This document shows, one piece after another, positions 50,787 through 60,919 of a DNA stretch of 64,000 nt (the stretch's first letter is position 1; each line of letters starts with the position of its first letter). Source of the stretch: an uncultured bacterium (GTDB lineage: Bacteria; Zixibacteria; MSB-5A5; GN15; FEB-12); contig CBDVDR010000018.1 in NCBI GenBank assembly GCA_965372795.1, positions 1 through 64,000 of the forward strand, read 5' to 3'. The notes below the pieces were generated by a model that had not been told where the DNA came from, did no database searches, and was given only the letters and a program-made list of their open reading frames with translations. Both the position numbers and the translations under genes were made by a program.

Positions 50787-51400
50787 TGGATATTGGAACG
50801 ATTATTGCCGGAATATTAACTTTAGCGATTTTGACCTTCTTATATCGGGATAATCCAATTTATAAAATGGCTGAATCATTACTGATCGGTATCTCGATAG
50901 GGTACACCCTGGTAATAATCTGGTCGTCAACGCTTGTTGATCTTTTGATTCAACCTCTCTTTGGAGAATCTAAATTATTATTGATAATCCCATTGATTTT
51001 AGGCTTGATGATGTTCAGCCGGTTCGTTCCCAAATATTCATCACTTTCCAAAATTCCGATTGCGGTTATGATCGGTTCCGGTGCCGGGGTGGCGATTCCG
51101 GTGATGCTTGAAGCACGAATTCTAAAACAGGTTTCAGCCACAGTTATGCCATTAGTCACTGAATCAGGAATGCCAAACTTTTCTGCAATTGTAGTGATTT
51201 GCGGAGTAATGAGTACCCTTGCATATTTTTATTTCAGCCGCGAACATAAAGGATCCTTTGGTGTTGTCGCTCGCATTGGGACTTACTTTTTGATGATATT
51301 CTTTGGAACTACTTTCGGCTATACCGTGATGTCGCGAATGTCGACCTTTATAGGAAGAATGGAATTCATCCTGACTGACTTTCTCCATCTGACCAACTGA
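50786..51400 (+). CDS. Conserved polytopic membrane protein (gene 4 of 4)
   Basis: About 6 TMs; FLYRDNPIYKMAE, YFYFSREH and FLMIFFG..FGYTVMSRMS motifs; TGATG overlap. Confidence 0.8.
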   Translation: MDIGTIIAGILTLAILTFLYRDNPIYKMAESLLIGISIGYTLVIIWSSTLVDLLIQPLFGESKLLLIIPLILGLMMFSRFVPKYSSLSKIPIAVMIGSGAGVAIPVMLEARILKQVSATVMPLVTESGMPNFSAIVVICGVMSTLAYFYFSREHKGSFGVVARIGTYFLMIFFGTTFGYTVMSRMSTFIGRMEFILTDFLHLTN

Positions 51401-51404
51401 TATT

Positions 51405-51542
51405 ATGACCTGTAAAAAATGTAAACTCACGATGCAGGAGCAAAAAAGATCGTTTCACAAACAGCGAAAATGGATATGTCCCAAATGCGGAAAAGTGAGA
51501 TTTCAACAAAATATTCCAAAAGATTCTAAACCGGGTGAATAA
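51405..51542 (+). CDS. 45-aa basic zinc-ribbon microprotein (not in the ORF track)
   Basis: Hand translation MTCKKCKLTMQEQKRSFHKQRKWICPKCGKVRFQQNIPKDSKPGE; CxxC-X18-CxxC; starts 4 nt after the upstream stop. Confidence 0.7.
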   Translation: MTCKKCKLTMQEQKRSFHKQRKWICPKCGKVRFQQNIPKDSKPGE

Positions 51543-51583
51543 TTTCCCGTAAGCTAAGTATAACTTTTAAACAATTTGAATTT

Positions 51584-52384
51584 ATGCCCGATCTTAAACC
51601 GATTGAAATAAAAATAGGTACCTCCGGTTTCAGTTTTGAAGACTGGCGTAAAGAATTCTATCCTGAAAATATTGAAAAAGGTAAAATGCTCGATCATTAT
51701 ATAAACTTCTTTGATACGGTTGAGATCAATTCGACTTATTATCGCATCCCGCATCCGATGGTGATGTATAATCTGGTCAAAAAAGTCCCGAAACATTTTG
51801 AGTTTATTGTTAAAGTTCCACAATCATATACCCATAAACGGACTAACCTTGAAAAGGATGTAAACGATTTTAATGAAGCGATTAAACCGGTGATAGAAAA
51901 TAATATGTTGTCAGGATTACTGGCTCAGTTTCCATATTCATTTAAATATTCAGAAGATGCTCTCGATTATGTCTGCATGTGCAAAGATATTGTCGCCCCT
52001 AGCAAACTGTTTGTAGAATTCAGGCATGACAGCTGGGTAAATAGAACGATGTATGACCGTTTTTGTAAGGAGAACATAAATTATGTGGCTGTTGACGGAC
52101 CTCAATTAAATGGTTTGTTGAAGCCTGATTTTTTTACAACCGGAAGTACCGGCTATCTCAGACTTCACGGTAGGAATTCCGAAAAGTGGTGGAACGGGGG
52201 AGCCTTGCGATATGATTATAATTATTCACATGATGAAATAAATGAATGGGTGGACAAATTATCTAACTCGAAGTCCAAGATGAATAAACTTTTTCTGTTT
52301 TTTAATAATTGCCACGGCGCCCAGGCTGTGAAAAATGCTCTGGATTTGAAGCATATTTTAAAGGAGAAAGGTACTTTTAGCTGA
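51584..52384 (+). CDS. DUF72 (YecE/YunF) family protein
   Basis: IGTSGFSFEDW, TVEINSTYY, QFPYSF, VEFRH, YLRLHGRN and FFNNCH motifs. Confidence 0.92.
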   Translation: MPDLKPIEIKIGTSGFSFEDWRKEFYPENIEKGKMLDHYINFFDTVEINSTYYRIPHPMVMYNLVKKVPKHFEFIVKVPQSYTHKRTNLEKDVNDFNEAIKPVIENNMLSGLLAQFPYSFKYSEDALDYVCMCKDIVAPSKLFVEFRHDSWVNRTMYDRFCKENINYVAVDGPQLNGLLKPDFFTTGSTGYLRLHGRNSEKWWNGGALRYDYNYSHDEINEWVDKLSNSKSKMNKLFLFFNNCHGAQAVKNALDLKHILKEKGTFS

Positions 52385-52442
52385 TTTTAGTTGACTGTGA
52401 CTGTTTTGGCTCTTTATTAGCTGACTAAATATAGGAAGAAAT

Positions 52443-53375
52443 ATGTATTTACAATTAAATAACGTAAGAAAAGAATATGGCGACAAGGTTGCTGTTGAGG
52501 ATTTGACCTTAGGGGTTCCAAAAGGAGTCATCTTCGGGATTATCGGTCCTAATGGTGCCGGTAAAACGACTACTATAAGAATGATAATGGACATAACCCG
52601 ACCGGACTCAGGGGAGATTCTAATAGATAATAGACCTCCCGGAAAAGAATTTAAGAACTTTGTCGGGTATCTTCCTGAAGAAAGAGGCTTATACAAGAAA
52701 ATGAGCCTTAATGAAGTTATTGTCTATATGGCTGAACTTAAAGGATACCCAATAAGGAAAAATTTAGCCAAAATTGATCATTGGCTTGAAAAAGTAGGGT
52801 TATTGGAATACAAAGAGAAAAAGGTTGAAGAACTTTCTAAAGGGATGCAGCAAAAACTGCAGTTTGTTACGACTATTCTACATGAGCCTGATCTGATAAT
52901 TTTGGATGAACTTTTTAGCGGGTTAGATCCGATCAATATGGAAATGATGAAGGATATTATTCTTGAATTAAAACGTAACGGTAAGACGATTTTATTCTCG
53001 ACCCACGTTATGGAACAGGCTGAAAAACTATGCGATTATATCTGTATGATTTCTCAAGGTCATAAAGTAATTGATGGTAAACTCACCGACGTTAAAGCTG
53101 AATTTGGAAAAAATACAATACAAATTAATATTGACGGAGATGGTAAATTCATAGGTCAGCTTGTTGGCGTGAAAAGCATCACAGAATTTAATAATTATAT
53201 AGAACTCAGACTTGAAGAAAATGCTGATACCAACAGGATTTTAAAAGCTGTTGCGGACAAAGTTACTGTCAGGCGGTTTGATATTGTCGAACCCTCGCTT
53301 TATGATATTTTTATAGATATGGCAAAAGTTGACCCGACAACTTTGAATAACAACGGGGGAAGAAGCTATGAATAA
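52443..53375 (+). CDS. ABC-2 type exporter ATP-binding protein (YhaQ/NatA-like)
   Basis: GPNGAGKTT, GYLPEERGLY, LSKGMQQK and FSTHVME motifs. Confidence 0.93.
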   Translation: MYLQLNNVRKEYGDKVAVEDLTLGVPKGVIFGIIGPNGAGKTTTIRMIMDITRPDSGEILIDNRPPGKEFKNFVGYLPEERGLYKKMSLNEVIVYMAELKGYPIRKNLAKIDHWLEKVGLLEYKEKKVEELSKGMQQKLQFVTTILHEPDLIILDELFSGLDPINMEMMKDIILELKRNGKTILFSTHVMEQAEKLCDYICMISQGHKVIDGKLTDVKAEFGKNTIQINIDGDGKFIGQLVGVKSITEFNNYIELRLEENADTNRILKAVADKVTVRRFDIVEPSLYDIFIDMAKVDPTTLNNNGGRSYE

Positions 53376-54765
53376 ATTTTGGATTATTTTTAAAAGAGAA
53401 TATGCCCAGGTTGTAAAAAAGAAATCGTTTTTAGTGGGCATTTTTCTGACTCCAATATTAATGATCGGATTTGTTCTTTTACCAGCCTGGTTAACCCGTG
53501 TAAAATCATCAGAAAGCGAACCGTTTGCGATTGTTGATCAAAGCAAATATGATATAGGTAATAAACTTGTTGAGGCATTAAATAAGTACAAACTTAACGA
53601 GACCGTTGAGGAAATGATTCAAGAAGTAGCTCAGATTGATGGCAAAACAAAGGATACTATAATAGCTTCGACTGATTCAAATCAGGCAGCTAGTGAACCT
53701 TATTATTTAATCAAAGGACTCTTTGTCATAGACCCCAGTGATCAAATCAAGTTTGATCAAACGGTTGATTCTCTTCGACAGCAAATTATTGACAAAGAGT
53801 TGAAATATTTTATGGTCATTAAATCAAATTCGCTGGACGATGATGAAAATATATATTTGGTTACAAACTCGGACAATTTCACTTCACTGCGAAGGTTCGA
53901 ACGAAATATTTCACGAATTTTATCAACTATAAGGCTTGAGGAATCAGAGATAAATCTTGATGTTGATTCAGTATTAAGCCTGACAAGACGAATCGACCTT
54001 GTAGTTCAGGATGCCAAAGGGGAGTCAATTCCGTTTGAAATTAAATATTTCTCAGCTATCGCATTTGTTGGAATAATGTTCGGTATGATTGTCGGGTACG
54101 GACAGTTGGTTATGAGGTCAGTTATTGAAGAGAAAAACTCAAGGGTTATGGAAGTCTTGATTTCATCGGTCAGCCCTTTTGAATTAATGCTTGGTAAAAT
54201 AATGGGATTGGGGGCTGCTACTTTCACGCAGGTTGCGATTTGGTTTTCAATCGGCGGGATAATGTTTCTTCAGAAATCAGCCTTGGATATAAATCCTTCG
54301 ATTGACCGAATTATTTTCAATGCCCCGATTGTTATATTCTTTATTCTGTTTTTGACTTTCGGTTATATAATGTTCTCAACAATTTTTGCCCTGGTTGGCT
54401 CAATTGTTAATACTGAAAAAGAAGCGCAAAGCTTTGTTATGCCGATAACAATGACTATGGTACTGCCGTTTATGGTGGGGATATATGTTGTTCAGGACCC
54501 TAACTCTACTATGGCTGTAACGATGTCAATGATCCCTCTTTTAGCTCCTACCATGATGATGATGAGGTTGGTTTTTGTCGCTCCATCAGTTTCTGAATAT
54601 TCAATCTTTAGTGGCATCGTGGGCGAGGCGACCCTTGCCTTGATAATAGTAATTTTATTTACAATATTCCTGATATGGTTGACGAGTAAAATTTTCAGAG
54701 TCGGAATTCTGATGTACGGTAAACGGCCAACTTTGGGTGAAATCATTAAATGGGTGAAATCGTAA
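53368..54765 (+). CDS. ABC-2 type exporter permease (YhaP/NatB-like)
   Basis: REY..V.KKSF, SVIEEKNSRVMEVLISS and IFRVGILMYGKRP motifs. Confidence 0.92.
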   Translation: MNKFWIIFKREYAQVVKKKSFLVGIFLTPILMIGFVLLPAWLTRVKSSESEPFAIVDQSKYDIGNKLVEALNKYKLNETVEEMIQEVAQIDGKTKDTIIASTDSNQAASEPYYLIKGLFVIDPSDQIKFDQTVDSLRQQIIDKELKYFMVIKSNSLDDDENIYLVTNSDNFTSLRRFERNISRILSTIRLEESEINLDVDSVLSLTRRIDLVVQDAKGESIPFEIKYFSAIAFVGIMFGMIVGYGQLVMRSVIEEKNSRVMEVLISSVSPFELMLGKIMGLGAATFTQVAIWFSIGGIMFLQKSALDINPSIDRIIFNAPIVIFFILFLTFGYIMFSTIFALVGSIVNTEKEAQSFVMPITMTMVLPFMVGIYVVQDPNSTMAVTMSMIPLLAPTMMMMRLVFVAPSVSEYSIFSGIVGEATLALIIVILFTIFLIWLTSKIFRVGILMYGKRPTLGEIIKWVKS

Positions 54766-54769
54766 AAAG

Positions 54770-55687
54770 ATGATTGAAAAAATTAGAAAATCTAAAAGAC
54801 GTAAAACAGCCCGCTTCTTATTGTTGCTGGCTTTCTTTGTCTTTTTCACTGCTAACTCGCTTTATTTTATCGATCTCAGATCTAATGAAATTTATGCTTC
54901 GATAACTAAAACGTATGAATTCAATTTTGAGTCAAAGAAAAAAGGACCATACCTGAATTTAAAATCAGCCTTCTTAGTTGATTTTGAAACCGGGAATGTG
55001 CTTTATGCAAAAAATGTTAACAACCCCCGGGCAATAGCGTCGATCACTAAACTTGTTGCTGCCATGGTTGTGCTTGATTCTAAAATTGACTTGAATAAAA
55101 CCGCCGTAATTTCAAAAAGCGATGCCCGCAATTCATCCAAATCAAGACTTAAAAGAGGCTATGAGCTAACATTGTATGATTTGTTGCATGCCGGCCTGAT
55201 GAATTCTGATAATCGTGCGATGAGAGCCATTGCCCGCGAAACATACGGTTCTTATGATAAATTTGCAGAAGAGATGAATAAAAAGATAAAACGTCTCGGG
55301 CTCAAAAAATCTATATTTTACGAACCGACCGGTTTAAGTTCTAAAAATGTTTCAACGGCTGAAGAAGTTGCCAAAATTCTGCACTATTCTTATGAATATA
55401 AATTGCTGGCCGAGATAACTTCGAAAAAGAGATACAAAGTAAAAGTTCTGAATAAAAAGAACAAACGATTACAAATGGCGAATACAAATCTTATGGTAGC
55501 CTCGCCTTACAAAGTTTTAGCCGGAAAGACCGGTTATATACGGGCGGCGGATTATTGTCTGGCTACTTTGGTTAAAAATAAAAAAGGTAAAAAACTTACC
55601 GCTGTTGTACTTGGGGTGCCGGGTGATAAACTTCGTTTCAAAGAGGCACGCAAATTAATTGACTGGGGTTTCAGACAGCTGAAATAA
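54770..55687 (+). CDS. S11 D-alanyl-D-alanine endo/carboxypeptidase (PBP7-like)
   Basis: ASITKL, NSDN, EPTGL and GKTGY motifs. Confidence 0.9.
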   Translation: MIEKIRKSKRRKTARFLLLLAFFVFFTANSLYFIDLRSNEIYASITKTYEFNFESKKKGPYLNLKSAFLVDFETGNVLYAKNVNNPRAIASITKLVAAMVVLDSKIDLNKTAVISKSDARNSSKSRLKRGYELTLYDLLHAGLMNSDNRAMRAIARETYGSYDKFAEEMNKKIKRLGLKKSIFYEPTGLSSKNVSTAEEVAKILHYSYEYKLLAEITSKKRYKVKVLNKKNKRLQMANTNLMVASPYKVLAGKTGYIRAADYCLATLVKNKKGKKLTAVVLGVPGDKLRFKEARKLIDWGFRQLK

Positions 55688-55691
55688 CTTT

Positions 55692-56666
55692 ATGAAATCA
55701 AAAATTCTTGTTACCGGATCTTCCGGAACGATCGGGACCGGCCTTGTTAAGCAACTTCTGAAAGAAAATTACTCAGTAATTCCCCTTGATATCAAGCCAT
55801 CGCTGTGGGATAAGAAAATTGACCGAAAAACTGTCTGCCATGATCTGAGGAAACCGCTTTCCAAATCTGTTATTAAATCTAAACCTGATATTATTGTTCA
55901 TCTGGCGGCTAATGCCAGAGTGCATGATCTGGTTGTGAACCCCTCTATGGCCCTTGATAATTATGTTATGACTCATAATGTTCTGGAGTATGCCCGACTA
56001 AACGGTATTAAAAAAGTTATATACGCATCCTCGCGAGAGATCTATGGCGAGTCGAAAGCTAATAGAAAACGAAAAGAGATCGATTCCCACGTTCAGAATA
56101 TAAAGTCGCCTTATACTGCCTCAAAATATGGGGGAGAAGCGATGGTGCATGCCTATCACGAATGTTATGACATAAAACCAGTCATAGTGCGGTTCTCTAA
56201 TGTATATGGCAAATACGATGTATCTGAACGGGTTGTGCCGCTTTTTCTCTATTATGCCCTAAGAAATCGGGATATGAATATTTTCGGTAAAGAGAAGAAA
56301 CTTGATTTTACCTATATTGATGATGCGGTTGATGGGGTTTGTCGAATTATTAAAAGATTTAACAAAGCCCAAGACCATACTTTTAATATTTCAAAAGGCA
56401 AAAGCGAACCTTTATATAATGTAGCTAAATTTGCGATTAAATATCTTGATTCTGAATCTAAAATTTATTTTGATTCAATCAGAGTTGGTGAAATCTCTTC
56501 ATACACCGGAGATATTTCACAAGCTTCTAAAATATTGAATTATAAACCTAAAGTGTCACTTGAAGCCGGGATGAAATTAAGTATCGAATGGTATCGGGGC
56601 GTGATGAAAGAACGCCGGATTTATGATACGCAGCGCAGGAATTTAATGAAACGCGGTTGGGCTTGA
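55692..56666 (+). CDS. NAD-dependent nucleotide-sugar epimerase/dehydratase
   Basis: VTGSSGTIG, HLAA, YTASK, RFSNVYG and DFTYIDD motifs. Confidence 0.92.
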   Translation: MKSKILVTGSSGTIGTGLVKQLLKENYSVIPLDIKPSLWDKKIDRKTVCHDLRKPLSKSVIKSKPDIIVHLAANARVHDLVVNPSMALDNYVMTHNVLEYARLNGIKKVIYASSREIYGESKANRKRKEIDSHVQNIKSPYTASKYGGEAMVHAYHECYDIKPVIVRFSNVYGKYDVSERVVPLFLYYALRNRDMNIFGKEKKLDFTYIDDAVDGVCRIIKRFNKAQDHTFNISKGKSEPLYNVAKFAIKYLDSESKIYFDSIRVGEISSYTGDISQASKILNYKPKVSLEAGMKLSIEWYRGVMKERRIYDTQRRNLMKRGWA

Positions 56667-57386
56667 TTAGCCAAACAAGTTATACTTAACTATACAGTAG
56701 ATAGCTTTCATGCCGTCTTTCCAGCCGATTTTTTTACCCTCTGAATAAGTACGACCATAATAAGTGATACCCATTTCATAAATTCGGACATTCTTTTTAG
56801 CAATTTTAGCGGTCATTTCAGGTTCAACCCCGAATCTATTTTCCTTAATATCAATAGACTGGATAATTTCACGCCGGAAAACTTTATAACAGGTTTCCAT
56901 GTCAGTCAAATTAATATTGGTGAACATATTTGAAAGCAAAGTCAGCAATCGATTACCGATATAGTGCCAGAAATAAACTACCCGATGCGGACCACCGCCC
57001 ATAAATCGCGATCCGTAAACAACGTCAGCCCGATTTGAAAGGATAGGTTCGATTAAACTTGGATATTGTATCGGGTCATACTCAAGGTCGGCATCCTGAA
57101 CCAAAACAATATCACCGGTAGCTTCGGCAAAACCAGACTTGAGAGCGTAACCTTTGCCAAAATTTTTGGGTTGATAAATAACTTTGGCAACCTGGGACTC
57201 AAGTTTTTCTTTGATGAGTTCACGGGAACCATCGGTGGAGTAGTCATCAACTAATATAATTTCCTTATTAGGAACCGGCGCCGATTTAACTGCATTGATA
57301 AGTTCCTCAAGAGTGGAGACTTCATTATAAACCGGGATTATAATTGATAACTTAACATTTTCAAGAGTAAGTCTTTTTTCAGCCAA
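56667..57386 (-). CDS. GT2 glycosyltransferase (DPM1-like)
   Basis: [36 protein letters not shown] and [10 protein letters not shown] motifs. Confidence 0.93.
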   Translation of the reverse strand: MAEKRLTLENVKLSIIIPVYNEVSTLEELINAVKSAPVPNKEIILVDDYSTDGSRELIKEKLESQVAKVIYQPKNFGKGYALKSGFAEATGDIVLVQDADLEYDPIQYPSLIEPILSNRADVVYGSRFMGGGPHRVVYFWHYIGNRLLTLLSNMFTNINLTDMETCYKVFRREIIQSIDIKENRFGVEPEMTAKIAKKNVRIYEMGITYYGRTYSEGKKIGWKDGMKAIYCIVKYNLFG

Positions 57387-57463
57387 GATAACGTCCCATA
57401 AGATATATTATGTTAACCTGCGAAAATGAGCAGGTTGTCATATTGTGAAATTGTCTTAAATAT

Positions 57464-60016
57464 CTATTTAACTACAATATTTAGGATTCTGCCTTTTACG
57501 AATATCTTCTTTATAATCTGCTTTTCATCAGTATAGCCCTTAATCTTTTGACTGTCAAAGGCGGCTTTCTCAACAGCTTCCTGATCTGAATCAGCAGGAA
57601 CTTTTACTGTATCTCTTAATTTACCATTGATTTGAACTGCAACTTCAAGCATATCCTCAACGATTGCTTCCGGATCAAACTCTGGCCAGGATGATTTGAA
57701 AATTGAACCGTCAAATCCACAACGTAACCACATTTCCTCAGCCAGATGCGGCGTCATAGGCGCCATTAATTGAATAATATTTATAATAACATAGTCATTT
57801 AGAAAAGAGTTCTCAACTTTATACTGTTTGTAATCCCGTACAAGTTCCATTATGGATGAAATCGCTGTATTAAAATGAAGAGATTCGTAATTTTCAGAGC
57901 ATTTTTTAATAGTCTGATTAAGTTTAATATATAAATGCTTTTCGATATTAGTGAACTCATGTTGATTAAAGTAAACCTTTAAGTGATTAGCAGAATTAGT
58001 TGAAGGAAAATTAATAATATGTGAGTCAATAAAATTACTATTTGGAAATGATTTGCGATAATTTTTATATAATGGGAAAAGTTTCTTAATTGCAAATTTT
58101 TCAACTCCGGTAAGAGTATCCTCTGACCATATAACTTCTTTTTCAGATGGTGCAGTGAAAAACATGCCTAATCTTGAAATATCAACGCCTCGATTAGCCA
58201 TTAAAGCGATTGGGGAGACGACATTTCCTTTTGATTTAGACATCACGACACCATTAGAATCTGCAACCATACCGTGATTAAAAAGCCTTGTAGCGGGCTC
58301 TATGCAGTCCAAAAGTCCGATGTCATGCAGGAATTTAGTGAAAAACCTGAAATATATCAAATGTCCGGTGGCGTGAGTAATTCCGCCAATATACAAATCA
58401 ATCGGCAGCCATTTATTAGCCTTTTCAGAATTGAAAGCTTCTTTGCCATTATGAGGATCGAGATAGCGCAGGAAATACCATGATGAACAGATAAAAGTGT
58501 CCATCGTATCGGCATCACGGGTAGCTTCTCCCCCGCATTTTGGACAGGAGGTGTTCATATATTCGGGGACATCTGCTAATGGTGATCTGCCTTTTGGTTC
58601 GTAATTATCAAGTTTTGGCAGTTCTATTGGAAGCTGATCATCAGGCACCGGAACTTCACCGCATTTTTCACAATGAACAATCGGAATCGGACAACCCCAA
58701 TAACGCTGGCGGGATAACGACCAGTCTTTCAGTTTGAAATTCTTTTTATGACGGCCAAAATCCTGTTTCTGAGCATGATCGGTAACTTGCTTGATAGCAT
58801 CTTTACCGCTTAATCCATCAAATTTATCAGAATTCACCATTGGACCATACCCGGTAAAGGCTTCGTCTATCTCGTTGACATTCATTACAGTACTATCATC
58901 TGGATGAATTACTACTTTAATAGGAATGTCGTATTTTCTGGCAAAAGCAAAGTCACGGGTATCATGCGCCGGAACCGCCATAACCGCTCCGGTACCGTAA
59001 CCGGCAAGAACGTAATCGGCGACCCAGAGTTGTACTTTTTCACCATTATAAGGATTGATGGCATATTTTCCGGTAAAGACACCGTCTTTATCATCTGTCG
59101 CAGCCGACCGTTCGATATCGGAACGAGCTACGGTTTTGCGTTTGTAAGCTTCGACTTTTTCTTTGTATTCACCCTCAAGATTTAAACGGCTGAGAATTTC
59201 CGCTTCCGGAGCAATTGCCATAAAGGTCACACCGTAAATAGTATCCAGACGGGTAGTATATATAGGAAGCTTCTCTTTAGTGTCTTCAATAATGAAATCA
59301 ATTTCAGCACCATAAGAGCGGCCGATCCACTCCTTTTGCATTGTTTTAACATTGTCCGGCCAATTTGGGAGCGTGTCAAGGTCATCGATTAAGCGATCAG
59401 CATAATCAGTGATCTTAAAATACCATTGAACCTGTTCTTTTTTCTCAACCTCAGTGTCACAGCGATCGCATTTTCCCTGAACCACCTGTTCATTTGCCAG
59501 GACAGTTTTATCTTCCGGACACCAGTTTACGAAACCTCGTTTACGATAGGCTAAACCCTTCTTGAACAATTGCAGGAATATCCATTGAGTCCAGTGATAG
59601 TAATCTGCAAAACAGGTCGAAATTTCCCGGGACCAGTCATAAGAGATACCAACTTTCTGCAAAGTTGTTCGAGAGACTTCAATGTTAGATTTGGTCCAGT
59701 CCTGCGGGTGAATTTTTCTTTTAATGGCGGCTCTTTCAGCCGGAAGACCAAAGGCGTCCCATCCAAAGGGATGCAAAACATCCTTCCCTTTCATCATCTG
59801 TTGACGAGTTATGGCATCACCGATAATGTAATTTCTGAAATGTCCCATGTGTATATCGCCGGAGGGATAAGCAAACATAACCAGCATATAGAATTTATTG
59901 TCATGATCGGGTATATCGACCGCTTGAAACAGCTTATCTTTATCCCAGGTATCCTGCCATTTTTTTTCTATCGCTTTAAAATCGTATTGGATAATATCTT
60001 TTTCTTCTGTTGTCAT
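57464..60016 (-). CDS. leuS: Leucine--tRNA ligase
   Basis: HMGH, GWDAFGLPAE, YGTGAVMAVPAHD, SRQRYWG, VMSKSKGN and VQINGKLR motifs. Confidence 0.97.
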   Translation of the reverse strand: MTTEEKDIIQYDFKAIEKKWQDTWDKDKLFQAVDIPDHDNKFYMLVMFAYPSGDIHMGHFRNYIIGDAITRQQMMKGKDVLHPFGWDAFGLPAERAAIKRKIHPQDWTKSNIEVSRTTLQKVGISYDWSREISTCFADYYHWTQWIFLQLFKKGLAYRKRGFVNWCPEDKTVLANEQVVQGKCDRCDTEVEKKEQVQWYFKITDYADRLIDDLDTLPNWPDNVKTMQKEWIGRSYGAEIDFIIEDTKEKLPIYTTRLDTIYGVTFMAIAPEAEILSRLNLEGEYKEKVEAYKRKTVARSDIERSAATDDKDGVFTGKYAINPYNGEKVQLWVADYVLAGYGTGAVMAVPAHDTRDFAFARKYDIPIKVVIHPDDSTVMNVNEIDEAFTGYGPMVNSDKFDGLSGKDAIKQVTDHAQKQDFGRHKKNFKLKDWSLSRQRYWGCPIPIVHCEKCGEVPVPDDQLPIELPKLDNYEPKGRSPLADVPEYMNTSCPKCGGEATRDADTMDTFICSSWYFLRYLDPHNGKEAFNSEKANKWLPIDLYIGGITHATGHLIYFRFFTKFLHDIGLLDCIEPATRLFNHGMVADSNGVVMSKSKGNVVSPIALMANRGVDISRLGMFFTAPSEKEVIWSEDTLTGVEKFAIKKLFPLYKNYRKSFPNSNFIDSHIINFPSTNSANHLKVYFNQHEFTNIEKHLYIKLNQTIKKCSENYESLHFNTAISSIMELVRDYKQYKVENSFLNDYVIINIIQLMAPMTPHLAEEMWLRCGFDGSIFKSSWPEFDPEAIVEDMLEVAVQINGKLRDTVKVPADSDQEAVEKAAFDSQKIKGYTDEKQIIKKIFVKGRILNIVVK

Positions 60017-60094
60017 CTCAACCTCTTAAAGGATTTGTATAAAGAGAGAATATTATGAAAAATGGAGGAAATTGCAAGTTATACTTAAATATTA

Positions 60095-60919
60095 CTATTT
60101 TGACTTTTGGGATTTAAAAATCCGGTTGAAAAGAATTGTCCCGCCTGAAAGCGAATTTGTGAATCTCGCTTTGCTTTTCTCAAGATTGTATAACCAGCCT
60201 TTTGATAATTTTTGATAAATTGTGTTCATAGTGTCATAAGAATAAACCGGAAGTCTACCGATGGTTAGTGGCTTGTCTTTTGGACCGGGAAATTTCATCG
60301 TAAAGCCAAAATCAAAGCCGAGTTCCTTGGCAATTTCAGTTACTTTGACGTTTACCCGACCAAAGGGATAACTGATTGTGTTTACTTCTTTTGAGATTAT
60401 ATCTTCTAAGATATGTTTCGATTTCAACAGTTGTTCTTTTAACTCTTTGCTTGAAAGTGCGGTGAGATCATTATGAAAATGACTGTGCGTACCGAATTCA
60501 ATGCCTAATTCAGCGAGTTGTTTAATTTCAGAAACATTAAAATGTCTGTCTTTTTGAAAGTGATAGCTGTAGTCCCAGCTGTTATCTTTGCCGATGTGAT
60601 CGGTGGGAATAAATATTAATGGTTTAATATCGTATTCATTTATGATTTCAGGAAGAATTTCTAAAAGATGGGCATAACCATCATCAAAAGTTAGGACCAG
60701 TTCCGGCTTATCCCCTGCTTTAAAGTTTCTATTTAAAGTTTTTGAAAAAGGATTGAATTTGAAGTTTTTCTCAGACAAGAAATCAATTAGATGTTTAAAT
60801 CTATTGGGAGAGAAATTTGTCACTCCATAGGTAAACTTTGATTGTATTTTGTGAAAAGCTAAATGTTGGACAAAGGGATAAAATTGTTTTTGAGAGTCAG
60901 ACCAATGATCATCAGCCAT
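60095..60919 (-). CDS. Polysaccharide deacetylase (CE4) family protein
   Basis: LTFDDGY, GTHSHFH and SYPFG motifs; start set at ATG 60919, overlapping the upstream stop. Confidence 0.87.
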   Translation of the reverse strand: MADDHWSDSQKQFYPFVQHLAFHKIQSKFTYGVTNFSPNRFKHLIDFLSEKNFKFNPFSKTLNRNFKAGDKPELVLTFDDGYAHLLEILPEIINEYDIKPLIFIPTDHIGKDNSWDYSYHFQKDRHFNVSEIKQLAELGIEFGTHSHFHNDLTALSSKELKEQLLKSKHILEDIISKEVNTISYPFGRVNVKVTEIAKELGFDFGFTMKFPGPKDKPLTIGRLPVYSYDTMNTIYQKLSKGWLYNLEKSKARFTNSLSGGTILFNRIFKSQKSK

